From Caulobacter virus Magneto: a DNA stretch of 24,000 bases. The position numbers and the translations under genes were made by a program. This document shows, in pieces, positions 7,973-15,012 of the stretch. The stretch lies in sequence record JX100812.1, one strand, 5' to 3'. Numbering within the stretch: the first letter of the stretch is position 1; each line of letters begins with the position of its first letter. The notes under the pieces are model-generated. The model was given only the letters and a program-made list of their open reading frames with translations, had not been told where the DNA came from and did not search any database.

Positions 7973-9017
7973 GGAGCACCTTGAGGATTTGATCGCCGAT
8001 CCAGTCCACCATCGGGACGATCAGGCTGTTGCCGACGATGGTCCGGCGCTCGGTGTCCGAGAGCCCTTCGATCGCGGTGTGGCCGACGGGCATGCCCATC
8101 AGGCGCTCGTACTCGGACACGGTGTGATTGCGGATGCGCCAGTCCTCGCCTTCCTTGACGAGCAGCATGGCGACGCTGGAGCCGCCGCCGGCCGTGCGCA
8201 GGCAGTTGGCGATTACGCCGCGCTCTTCGATTTGCTGGTCGGGGCGTCCGCGAACAGCGAGGGATCGAGCCCGTGGGACAGGGCGGCCGTCAATTCCGGC
8301 GACAAGGTCCGACCGGCTCGGATCGCGTTGTTCAGGAGGGTCAAACGCCGGGACGGGCTCATGTACAATCCGGCGGGGATCGATTCCGGAGCGTCGAGTA
8401 CACGCGACAAGCACAAGCCGGGGGCGGGACTGGGGGATTCCGAACTGGGGACCGTCGAAGACCGTCCAGGCGATCGCGCGGCGCGGTCCCAGCACATAAC
8501 CACAGTCCGGCCACCGATTCCCTGCCGCGTCGTCGTCACCTTCGGGCTTTCCGTAGGGGTAGAGGGGTTCTCGCTCGCCGGCGAGGCGTCCGAGGAATTG
8601 TCCAAAGGCGTTGTCCTTGTTGGAGAGGAGCTTGACCACGTTCTCGAAGCAGAAGATCGGAGGATCGACCTCGTCGATCACCCGCAGGCCCGAAAGGGTC
8701 AGTTGTCCGCGCGGGTCGGCCAGACCCAGGCCCTTGCCGGCCTCGCTCCACGGCTGGCAGGGGAACGACGCCCACAGGACGTCGACCTTGCCCTCGTGAG
8801 GCGTGCCGTCGATCTGTTCGAGGTTCCCGAGGTTCGGGACGGCCTTCCAGTGCGTCTCCAGGAGACGGATCGGGGCCGAGGCGATCTCGCTGAAGAAGCG
8901 GGCCTTGCCGCCCTTCTTCTCCCACGCCACCGAGGGGACGTCGGCGCCGGAGCAAAGGGTCGCAAAGACCCACGGCGTGACGCCGGAGGCGTCCGCAGGG
9001 GAGGGGTTCGGGGACAT
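7959..9017 (-). CDS. C5-cytosine DNA methyltransferase
   Basis: 352 aa ORF; FATLCSGADVPSVAWE, DVLWASFPCQPWSEAGKGLG (PCQ motif IV), 'IFCFENVVKLLS' (ENV), 'FGIPQSRPRLVLVA' (QxRxR), 'YERLMGMPVGHT...RRTIVGNSLIVP'. Confidence 0.93.
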   Translation of the reverse strand: MSPNPSPADASGVTPWVFATLCSGADVPSVAWEKKGGKARFFSEIASAPIRLLETHWKAVPNLGNLEQIDGTPHEGKVDVLWASFPCQPWSEAGKGLGLADPRGQLTLSGLRVIDEVDPPIFCFENVVKLLSNKDNAFGQFLGRLAGEREPLYPYGKPEGDDDAAGNRWPDCGYVLGPRRAIAWTVFDGPQFGIPQSRPRLVLVACTRRSGIDPRRIVHEPVPAFDPPEQRDPSRSDLVAGIDGRPVPRARSLAVRGRPDQQIEERGVIANCLRTAGGGSSVAMLLVKEGEDWRIRNHTVSEYERLMGMPVGHTAIEGLSDTERRTIVGNSLIVPMVDWIGDQILKVLHEAP

Positions 9018-9026
9018 GGCTCTATG

Positions 9027-9068
9027 GTTAACGGATGTCGTGAATCACGTCAAGAAATGTCGTCAACG
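9027..9068 (-). promoter_or_regulatory. Promoter-like element (E4) upstream of the C5 methyltransferase gene
   Basis: Minus strand GACATTTCTTGACGTGATTCACGACATCCGTTAACCATAGAGCCATG; TTGACG plus GTTAACCA shared with other elements; contains palindrome CGTGAATCACG. Confidence 0.45.
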
Positions 9069-9072
9069 ACGA

Positions 9073-9861
9073 CTACTCTTGAGGGGCGGCGGGCCGTTGC
9101 AGGCGCGCGTGCATGGCCTCGATCTCCTCGTCCGACAGGGGCCGGCGGCCCGTGGTCTTGACCTCGCCACGCCAGATGACGTCGGCGAGCTTGAGGAACG
9201 CCTTGGCGAGCTTCTGCTTGTCGGTGTGCCCGATCGCGCGCTGAAGGCCCTCGGGCCAGCGCGGCGGCAGGGCGTAGAAATACATCAGCCCCGGCCGGGT
9301 CCAGACGTCGACGGCGAAGTCGCCCGCCTGCCTCTTTCCCACCGCGAACGACTGGTCGCCCAGCATCGCGATGTTGTTCTCGTCGTAGTAGCCGATCCCC
9401 AGCCTGATCTTGTCGATCTCGCTGTCATAGGCCAGCCACAGGCAGCGCCCGTCGCCCAGGGGGACGTTCTCGATCTCCCAGTCCTGGGGATGGCCCCAGA
9501 CCGCGTCGTGGGCTTCGCGGATGGCGTCGGCCAGCATGCCGGTGATCGTCTTGGGCGAGACCGAATCCCCGACCACCAGGAACGAGCCGGGCTCGATCTC
9601 CAGGGTCTTGTCGACCCCGAAGTGCTCGGCCAGCCGCCCGGCCTTGAACGAGAAGCCCTCGCGCTCGATGCGGTCGGCGATCTCGTAGGCGAATCCCGGC
9701 TTGAGGTTGAGCGTCATCACGTGCGAGACGTTCAGCCCCGAGGCCGATTCATGCCCGAGCCCGATCTGGATCGAATGGGTCTCGGACGTCACCAGGGCGT
9801 AGAGGAAGCCCCCGGAGGGCCGGGTCGGATAGGCGACCCGGCGGGAGAAGAGGAGGGTCAT
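9073..9861 (-). CDS. Hypothetical phage protein
   Basis: 262 aa ORF, same strand and spacing as neighbours; MTLLFSRRVAYPTRPSGGFLYALVTSETHSIQIG...; no motif recognised. Confidence 0.75.
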   Translation of the reverse strand: MTLLFSRRVAYPTRPSGGFLYALVTSETHSIQIGLGHESASGLNVSHVMTLNLKPGFAYEIADRIEREGFSFKAGRLAEHFGVDKTLEIEPGSFLVVGDSVSPKTITGMLADAIREAHDAVWGHPQDWEIENVPLGDGRCLWLAYDSEIDKIRLGIGYYDENNIAMLGDQSFAVGKRQAGDFAVDVWTRPGLMYFYALPPRWPEGLQRAIGHTDKQKLAKAFLKLADVIWRGEVKTTGRRPLSDEEIEAMHARLQRPAAPQE

Positions 9862-9871
9862 GGGACCTCGC

Positions 9872-11575
9872 TTACAGGCGCCAGTGGCGGCCGTTGAAGG
9901 TGATCAGCGCCCGCTTGCCGTTCGGGTACTGCACGCAGTGGGTGTGCGCCCAGGACGAGGGGCCGGTGTTGTAGCCCATGTCCAGCTTCGAGGTTGTGCC
10001 CGTGTTGTAGGCGCTCTCGAAAATGCCGGGCGAGTGGGTGTGGCCGAACGTCACCTTCGGGCCGATCTTGGCGAACTGCTGGATGTTGCCGCGCGAGCCG
10101 TTGGCGCCGTTGTGGCCGTGGTTGGAGTGCTCGACCCCGCCGACGACGCAGGTCTCGTCCTCGCGCAGGAACTTCACGCCGTTGCAGTTCCAGACGTCGA
10201 AGGCGTTGGTCATCACCTCCTCGAAGATCGAGAAGTTCTTCTCGCCGGTCCGGATCGAGGCGTAGACCGCCCGCTGACAGGTGAGGAAGAACTCGGCATT
10301 GACCGGGTCGGCGCGGTAGTCGGCCGTCTTCAGCCACTTGTTGAGCGCCAGATCGTGGTTGCTCTCAACCACCGTGACCTTCGAGTCCGGGGCCTGCCGG
10401 CCCAGGATGGTCAGGAACATCGCCACCTCGCGCAGTTCCTGCTCGACGCTTTCGGAGCCCTTGACATAGAGCCGGAAGCGATCGTGCGGATCGGCGATGT
10501 TGTGGTGGTTGCGCGCCCGGAAGTCGGAGACGTCGTGGACGAAGATGTGCTCGGGCCGCAGGACGTCGATCATCGACGGCGTCGCCACGCTGCCCCACAC
10601 CCGGCTCCCGTCGGCCGAGCGCTGCTCGGTCGGGAAGAAGCCGAAAGTGGCGGCCGAGACCTCGGGATCGATCTGCGCCACGTGGACGTCGCCGGGCGTC
10701 AGGCAGGCCACGCGATGGCCCTCGGTGACCACGCCGTCCTTGACGAAGACGTCCAGGTCGTAGAACGAGCCGTCGGTATCGCCCAGCAGGTGGCGACAGA
10801 AGAACTTGCCGTCCTCGTCGACCTCGACCAGCACCGCGCCCAACTGGTGGTGGAAGCTGGCCTTGATCCCCGCCTTCTTGGGGACGTAGTTCGGCTTGGT
10901 GACCGCGCCCGTCGTCATGATCTGCTTGGACGGGGTGTGCTTCATCGTCGGAACGCTGACGAGTTGCACCTTGGCGTGGGGGAAGATGCCCCAGCGCTCG
11001 CGGGTGTAGGAGTGGAAGCCCGACAGCGGGTTCTCGGCCGTGGGGAGGGTGTTCATCTCGCCGCAGAAGTCGATCCGGTCGGCGATCCGCACGCGCTCGG
11101 CGACGAGGTATTCCATCACCCGCTTGTGGAAGAACGCCGCGTGCTTGGCGTGGTCCTCGAACAGGCGCTTGGAGTAGGTGAAGCCGGCGATCATGATCTC
11201 GCACGGCGCGTCCCGGCGCAGGTGCTCGGCATAGGCCTCCAGATTGTCGACGAACTCCTCGTGGATGTGCGTCGAGTCCTGGGCCGAGGACAGGATGAAC
11301 CGCCGGCGCCCGGTGGTCTCATCCACCGTCACGGTCCGGGCGGCGGGCGCCGGCCGGTGCGACAGCGGGTCCTTGCGCATCGAGTAGAGGCGGTTCTGGA
11401 GCGTCGTGCGCTTGACGCTGTACTTGCGCGAGAACGCCCGCTGGCCGCCGGCCTTCTTGACCATCGCGTTCAGTTCTTCCGGCGACACCGAATAGATGTC
11501 GAACGGACCCTCGGCCGGCAAGGCGGTCTTGGGCTTCTTGCCCGCCTTGGAAGCGTGTTCGAACTCAGCCGGCAT
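9872..11575 (-). CDS. Metallophosphoesterase-domain protein with N-terminal HTH-like segment
   Basis: Start MPAEFEHASK at 11575 chosen over the track's upstream ATG; 'AGGQRAFSRKYSVKRTTLQNRLY' HTH-like; metallophosphoesterase-type 'PGDVHVAQID', 'VVESNHDLALNKWL', 'GHTHSPGIFE'. Confidence 0.75.
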   Translation of the reverse strand: MPAEFEHASKAGKKPKTALPAEGPFDIYSVSPEELNAMVKKAGGQRAFSRKYSVKRTTLQNRLYSMRKDPLSHRPAPAARTVTVDETTGRRRFILSSAQDSTHIHEEFVDNLEAYAEHLRRDAPCEIMIAGFTYSKRLFEDHAKHAAFFHKRVMEYLVAERVRIADRIDFCGEMNTLPTAENPLSGFHSYTRERWGIFPHAKVQLVSVPTMKHTPSKQIMTTGAVTKPNYVPKKAGIKASFHHQLGAVLVEVDEDGKFFCRHLLGDTDGSFYDLDVFVKDGVVTEGHRVACLTPGDVHVAQIDPEVSAATFGFFPTEQRSADGSRVWGSVATPSMIDVLRPEHIFVHDVSDFRARNHHNIADPHDRFRLYVKGSESVEQELREVAMFLTILGRQAPDSKVTVVESNHDLALNKWLKTADYRADPVNAEFFLTCQRAVYASIRTGEKNFSIFEEVMTNAFDVWNCNGVKFLREDETCVVGGVEHSNHGHNGANGSRGNIQQFAKIGPKVTFGHTHSPGIFESAYNTGTTSKLDMGYNTGPSSWAHTHCVQYPNGKRALITFNGRHWRL

Positions 11576-12266
11576 AGAGAAGCTCCGGTTTGGCGCTGAC
11601 CGGCTTGGACCAATCCCAGACGTACCAAGCATAGGCGAAGCGCGGGGCGCCCTTGGTGCCGGCGATCCAGCGGGGGCGGTGACGAAGGGTGACCTTCGCG
11701 GTGAAGGCGGGGTGATCGAACAGGTCCGCGCGCGAGCGCGCCGCGTCCCATTCGTGGCGGCAGAGGAAGGCCACGAGGCCCTGGTCGGCCTCCATCAGGT
11801 CCAGCGCGTGGCGCGCGGCGCGCTCGGCGTCCTTGCCGTAGGGCGGGTTGGTGATGATCGCGTCCGGGCGCGGCGGCAGCGGCGTGTTCTTGCGCTCCTC
11901 GCCTTTCTCGTCGACAACCGTCTCGGGGCGGGCCTTCAGCGCGCCCAGGCGGTCGAGGTCGGCCGGTGTCAGCTTGAAGAAGTCCTCGACCGCGTCGACC
12001 TCGAAGCCCTCGTAGCGGTGGATGTCCGTGGCGAGGACCTCCTGCACGAAGGGCTTGAGCGGCGTGGCGATGGCGCCGTTGCCGGCGAAGGGCTCCCAGG
12101 CGAAGAACGGGGCGAAGTCGTCGCCCAGGGCCTCGATCAGGGCGTCGAAGGCCGGCCGAGGAGTCGGGTAAAAGTCCAGCGGGGTCCTGGCATATCCGGA
12201 GGCGCCCAGCATGGAGGGGTCTTTGCGACCAGCATCGGAGAGAGACATGGTCGTGAGGGATGTCAT
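11565..12266 (-). CDS. N6-adenine-type DNA methyltransferase-like protein
   Basis: 233 aa ORF; 'FFAWEPFAGNGAIATPL' (motif I) and 'PDAIITNPPYGKDAERAARHAL' (motif IV NPPY). An internal ATG (MSLSDAG) could be the true start. Confidence 0.75.
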   Translation of the reverse strand: MTSLTTMSLSDAGRKDPSMLGASGYARTPLDFYPTPRPAFDALIEALGDDFAPFFAWEPFAGNGAIATPLKPFVQEVLATDIHRYEGFEVDAVEDFFKLTPADLDRLGALKARPETVVDEKGEERKNTPLPPRPDAIITNPPYGKDAERAARHALDLMEADQGLVAFLCRHEWDAARSRADLFDHPAFTAKVTLRHRPRWIAGTKGAPRFAYAWYVWDWSKPVSAKPELLYAG

Positions 12267-12267
12267 G

Positions 12268-12300
12268 GTTAACGAAGGGTGTCAAGATTCACGACATTGA
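12268..12300 (-). promoter_or_regulatory. Promoter-like element (E2) upstream of the N6 methyltransferase gene
   Basis: Minus strand TCAATGTCGTGAATCTTGACACCCTTCGTTAACCATG; 21-nt block identical to E1. Confidence 0.5.
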
Positions 12301-12579
12301 CTGTCGTGAGCCACCACGCTAGACAGGGGGCTACGGGCCGTCCTCCTGCGTTAGCCCCGCCGCCGCGCCTTCCAGGCGGCGAAGGTCGGGACGGAGCCGA
12401 AGGCGAGCCGGCCGAGGCAGCGGTTGGTGAGCAAAAGGAGAACCCGGCGAGCGGCGGAAGGCGAGTTCCTCGCCCTCGAACTCGGAAAGCACGTGGTGAT
12501 GCCGGAACCACCGCGCTCGCGCGGACGTCTGGACGTTGCTAGGCGTAAGGCTGGCCTGCCGAGAAATGGAAACGGCCGG

Positions 12580-12610
12580 GGCGGACGGGACTTGATCTCG
12601 TCCGCCTTTC
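12580..12610 (+). terminator. Possible rho-independent terminator/hairpin
   Basis: GGCGGACG GGACTTGATCT CGTCCGCC TTT: perfect 8-bp stem followed by short T run. Confidence 0.4.
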
Positions 12611-12954
12611 CGCCTAAGCTTCCCTCATTGCAGGCGCAGCACCGCCCCTTGCTAACGGCCCCGAGGGGTACGCGGGGGCTATGAAGCCTTGCCTGGGCAG
12701 GACTGCCACTGAACCAGGAACGCCCTGGGCCGCGTATCGCCCATGACGCGAACGCCGGCCGAGAACAGGCGACTAGGCGTGACGGCGACCAGAGGTCGCA
12801 CGATATTCCAAGCTCGGTAGAGCGATCGGCGGGCCGGGGCGCGAGCCTCGTTTCGAGAGCCAGGGCAACCCGTCATAGGTCCTGGTCGGGCGACGAGGCA
12901 GCAAGTCCTGCGAACGGAGCCTCTGAGGCGGCGTCACCAAGATGCAGCAGACGC

Positions 12955-12989
12955 AAAAAGGCCCCGATCTTGCGATCGGGGCCTTTTCA
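12955..12989. terminator. Bidirectional rho-independent terminator
   Basis: AAAAAGGCCCCGATC-TTGC-GATCGGGGCCTTTT: A/T-flanked GC-rich stem, immediately downstream of the minus-strand tRNA. Confidence 0.85.
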
Positions 12990-12992
12990 TGT

Positions 12993-13081
12993 TGGAGCTT
13001 CGGGAGGGACTCGAACCCTCATAGGTGTTCCCACCAGCAGAGATTTGCAATCCCGCGCCTAACCTCTCAGTCCACCGAAGC
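12993..13081 (-). tRNA. tRNA with GCA anticodon (Cys) and long (class II) variable arm
   Basis: GCTTCGG TG GACTGAGAGGTTAGGC G CGGGA TTGCAAA TCTCT GCTGGTGGGAACACCTAT GAGGG TTCGAGT CCCTC CCGAAGC T CCA; 7-bp acceptor, T-arm, encoded CCA, U73, variable-arm hairpin GGTG-GGAA-CACC; 89 nt. Confidence 0.85.
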
Positions 13082-13083
13082 AC

Positions 13084-13116
13084 AAAAGGACCTCGACGCC
13101 CGAAGGCCCGAGGTCC
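13084..13116 (-). terminator. Terminator-like hairpin just upstream of the class II tRNA
   Basis: Minus strand GGACCTCG GGCCTTCGGGCGT CGAGGTCC TTTTG: perfect 8-bp stem plus T-run. Confidence 0.55.
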
Positions 13117-13265
13117 GATCCGTAACCAGGGGAGGGCCGTAGCTGTCCCCTGACCCTGAACGACAGGTGGCGGGCTTGGTCGTCATCCCGTCAGGCTCGC
13201 GGCGCCGCTCGCCTGAACCGCCGATATGCCACGAGGGCAGTGATCCGCAGGTCCCCATAAATAGC

Positions 13266-13300
13266 AAAAAGGCCACGATCCGCGAGGACCGTGGCCTTTT
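13266..13300. terminator. Rho-independent terminator (bidirectional appearance)
   Basis: AAAAAGGCCACG-ATCCGCGAGGAC-CGTGGCCTTTT: perfect GGCCACG/CGTGGCC stem flanked by A5 and T4. Confidence 0.75.
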
Positions 13301-13661
13301 CGTTTTCCGATGGGCTGAGACTACACCCATCAGCAATCCCGCTTCGAGGATTATTCCCCAGGTGCGACCCCAGGTATTCCCTCGACGTCCACCAGACCCC
13401 TTGCGGTAGTCCAGTCCGAGATCATCGCCGCCGTTCTTGCGCACCCCGAAGGGATTGCGGGTCTGGCGTTTGACCCATCATGGCGAACTACTCGACAGTT
13501 CCTTCCCCGCTGGGCTTGCGACCCACTCACCGGCGCTAACCGGCTGACGAAGCTCTTCCTATCGACACCTCGCGGGCTTGCGACCCTTGAGATGACTCCG
13601 TTACCCGAAGGCCGGAGCATTTGGCGACTTACGTCCGCCACTGGACCAGTCTTTGCGTTTT

Positions 13662-13733
13662 TCATCGAAGCGGGGATTGAACCCGCGACCGACAGCTTAA
13701 GAGGCTGTTGCACTACCACTGTGCTATTCGCAA
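13662..13733 (-). tRNA. tRNA-Lys (CUU anticodon), no encoded CCA, poorly paired acceptor
   Basis: TTGCGAA TA GCACAGTGGTAGTGC A ACAGC CTCTTAA GCTGT CGGTC GCGGG TTCAATC CCCGC TTCGATG A; perfect D, anticodon and T stems, but acceptor has at least two mismatches. Confidence 0.7.
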
Positions 13734-14269
13734 ACCCACCAAGACGTGCTGGTCCAGTTGTTCCCAGAGCTTTTGACCCCAGAAATGCAACACGCCTCAT
13801 ATCTTTCGCCTTGCGGGCTACTCGACTGCTCTTCAGGACCCCGTCTCCCCCAACCTTTCGGCCAGGATGCCCAGCACCCCTCGAACTGAAGCAAAGCTCT
13901 TCACCGCGAAGTGTCGAACCCTGCAACCCAAACGGTTATCCGTACTCCCTAGACGCGCTTGCACGGGATAGTCCGCTTGCGACGGACTGGCGGTTAAAGC
14001 CTCGGAGTTACCCCGGCCCCGCCTTGTCTCCCACGGTCTTCAGGTCTATCCCCTTTTGCAAGAGGCGGCCAGCTTCCCAGCCCGGACCCGTCGGCTTCCT
14101 CTGTCCTCTTGCGAGGTCGGGCGGCCTATGGGAGACCGTCCCTGTCACCCCGTCGCCGGGGCTTTCGTCAGAAGCGACGATGACGTTCTAGCGACAGCCC
14201 ACGTCGTCGTCAACGACTTTTTCCGTCTCGATGTCGAATTTTTTCGACAGTCGTGGATGACGACAGTGC

Positions 14270-14298
14270 TTGACATTCTCGTAAGCCCATGCTAGGTG
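14270..14298 (+). promoter_or_regulatory. Candidate promoter for the permuted tmRNA
   Basis: TTGACA (14270-14275) followed after ~15-17 nt by GCTAGGTG (14291-14298), resembling Caulobacter-type GCTA... -10; predicted start lies just before the acceptor-piece helices. Confidence 0.5.
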
Positions 14299-14695
14299 TC
14301 GGAAATCGTTGTAATTCGGACAACGGAACTGGCGGCAAGACAGGGGTGCGAATCCCCTCGCCTCCACCATCGACGCCCGGCGCTGGGAGTACGCGACTCC
14401 TGGGCAGGGTGCGTTACCCTGGCGGGCTGCGGCCCGAGCCAAGGGGTAGCCGGGCGTCGTTGATGGGGGCGACTAGCTTTCGATTGGCGCTCGGGACTGA
14501 AAGACGCAACGGTGGGTGACCTCCACATCGGCTTGCCGGTGATCGGGTCAGGCAACAGTAAATGTCGCCGACAATGACAACGACGTCGTGGCTTTCGCCT
14601 CGGCTCGTGAAGCCATCGCCGCCTAATAAGCGGTAGAGGAGCCCGCCGGGAGCTTGGCAACAGAATCCCGGCAACCCCCTTTCGCAGGCGGGAAC
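14299..14695 (+). ncRNA. ssrA: Circularly permuted two-piece tmRNA (ends approximate)
   Basis: Acceptor piece with T-arm AGGGG-TGCGAAT-CCCCT then CGCCTCC-A-CCA (ends 14369); intervening segment 14370-14464 closed by CGACGCCCGGC/GCCGGGCGTCG; 5' piece GGGGGCG (14465-14471) pairs CGCCTCC including G3.U70; tag frame ADNDNDVVAFASAREAIAA** at 14567; downstream CCCGCC/GGCGGG and CCGGGA/TCCCGG helices. Confidence 0.88.
14567..14626 (+). other. ssrA: tmRNA tag-peptide reading frame (19 codons plus stop, second in-frame stop follows)
   Basis: ...AGTAAATGTC GCC GAC AAT GAC AAC GAC GTC GTG GCT TTC GCC TCG GCT CGT GAA GCC ATC GCC GCC TAA TAA; DNDN core and hydrophobic-A-A terminus as in alphaproteobacterial tags. 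Confidence 0.85.
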
Positions 14696-14759
14696 ACCAA
14701 CAGGCGATCTGTCGGGCGACCGATTTCCGATCCGTGTTCCCGTCTTCGAAAGGTGGTCG

Positions 14760-14800
14760 GGCCTACCCTCTTGGTGTGCTATCCAAGGGTCTGGCCACTT
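14760..14800 (+). terminator. Irregular hairpin downstream of tmRNA, possible terminator/processing signal
   Basis: GGCC-T-ACCC-TC-TTGG TGTGCTAT CCAA-GGGT-CT-GGCC then ACTTT. Confidence 0.35.
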
Positions 14801-14807
14801 TACAGAA

Positions 14808-14886
14808 CGCGGGGTAGAGGAGTCCGGTTGTCCTCGTCTGGCTCATAACCAGGAGATCGTGGGTTCAAATCCCACTCCCGCTCCCA
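14808..14886 (+). tRNA. tRNA-Met (CAU), initiator-like
   Basis: CGCGGGG TA GAGGAGTCCGGTTGTCCTC G TCTGG CTCATAA CCAGG AGATC GTGGG TTCAAAT CCCAC TCCCGCT C CCA; C1 x U72 mismatch, A11:U24, encoded CCA. Confidence 0.88.
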
Positions 14887-15012
14887 ATGCGAACGCCGGC
14901 TGTTGAGAACGACGGCGTGACAAGCTCGGAGAGAACGAGCACTCCAGTCCGGGGTATGAGGCCGGACTAGCGGACGCCGTAGCGATTGCAGGCGTGACAC
15001 CCGGAGATAGCG

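Noticed and set aside
5729-7984. 751-aa plus-strand ORF and other long plus-strand ORFs (e.g. 25..1500, 1580..3013, 9860..11599, 17207..18691)
   Set aside because: They are antisense to strongly motif-supported minus-strand genes. High GC suppresses stop codons and their translations are compositionally odd (Arg/Ala/Val/Asp-rich) without motifs. Only the 3' end of 17207..18691 (18392-18691) is real.
12793-12840. tRNA-like D-arm AAGCTCGGTAGAGCG on the plus strand
   Set aside because: D-loop too small and no anticodon or T-arm at the right spacing; treated instead as part of a diverged repeated element.
12279-12876. Small ORFs between the N6 methyltransferase and the class II tRNA
   Set aside because: Low-complexity Arg/Pro/Ala translations on conflicting strands; no ribosome-binding support or motif.
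13351-13926. 191-aa minus-strand ORF
   Set aside because: It runs straight through the tRNA-Lys gene (13662-13733) and has no recognisable motif or domain; most likely a chance ORF in a non-coding island.
13300-14250. RNase P RNA or group I/II intron on the minus strand
   Set aside because: GNRA-capped hairpins and AGAGGAAG...GGTCCGGGCT-like text were suggestive, but the conserved cores (e.g. GAGGAAAGTCCGGGC / ACAGAGAG pattern, intron P/Q/R/S or domain V) could not be found by eye. A covariance-model search is needed.
14299-14369. A standard tRNA ending GCGAATCCCCTCGCCTCCACCA
   Set aside because: The upstream sequence has no D-arm or compatible 5' acceptor strand. The matching GGGGGCG lies downstream at 14465, so a permuted tmRNA explains it.
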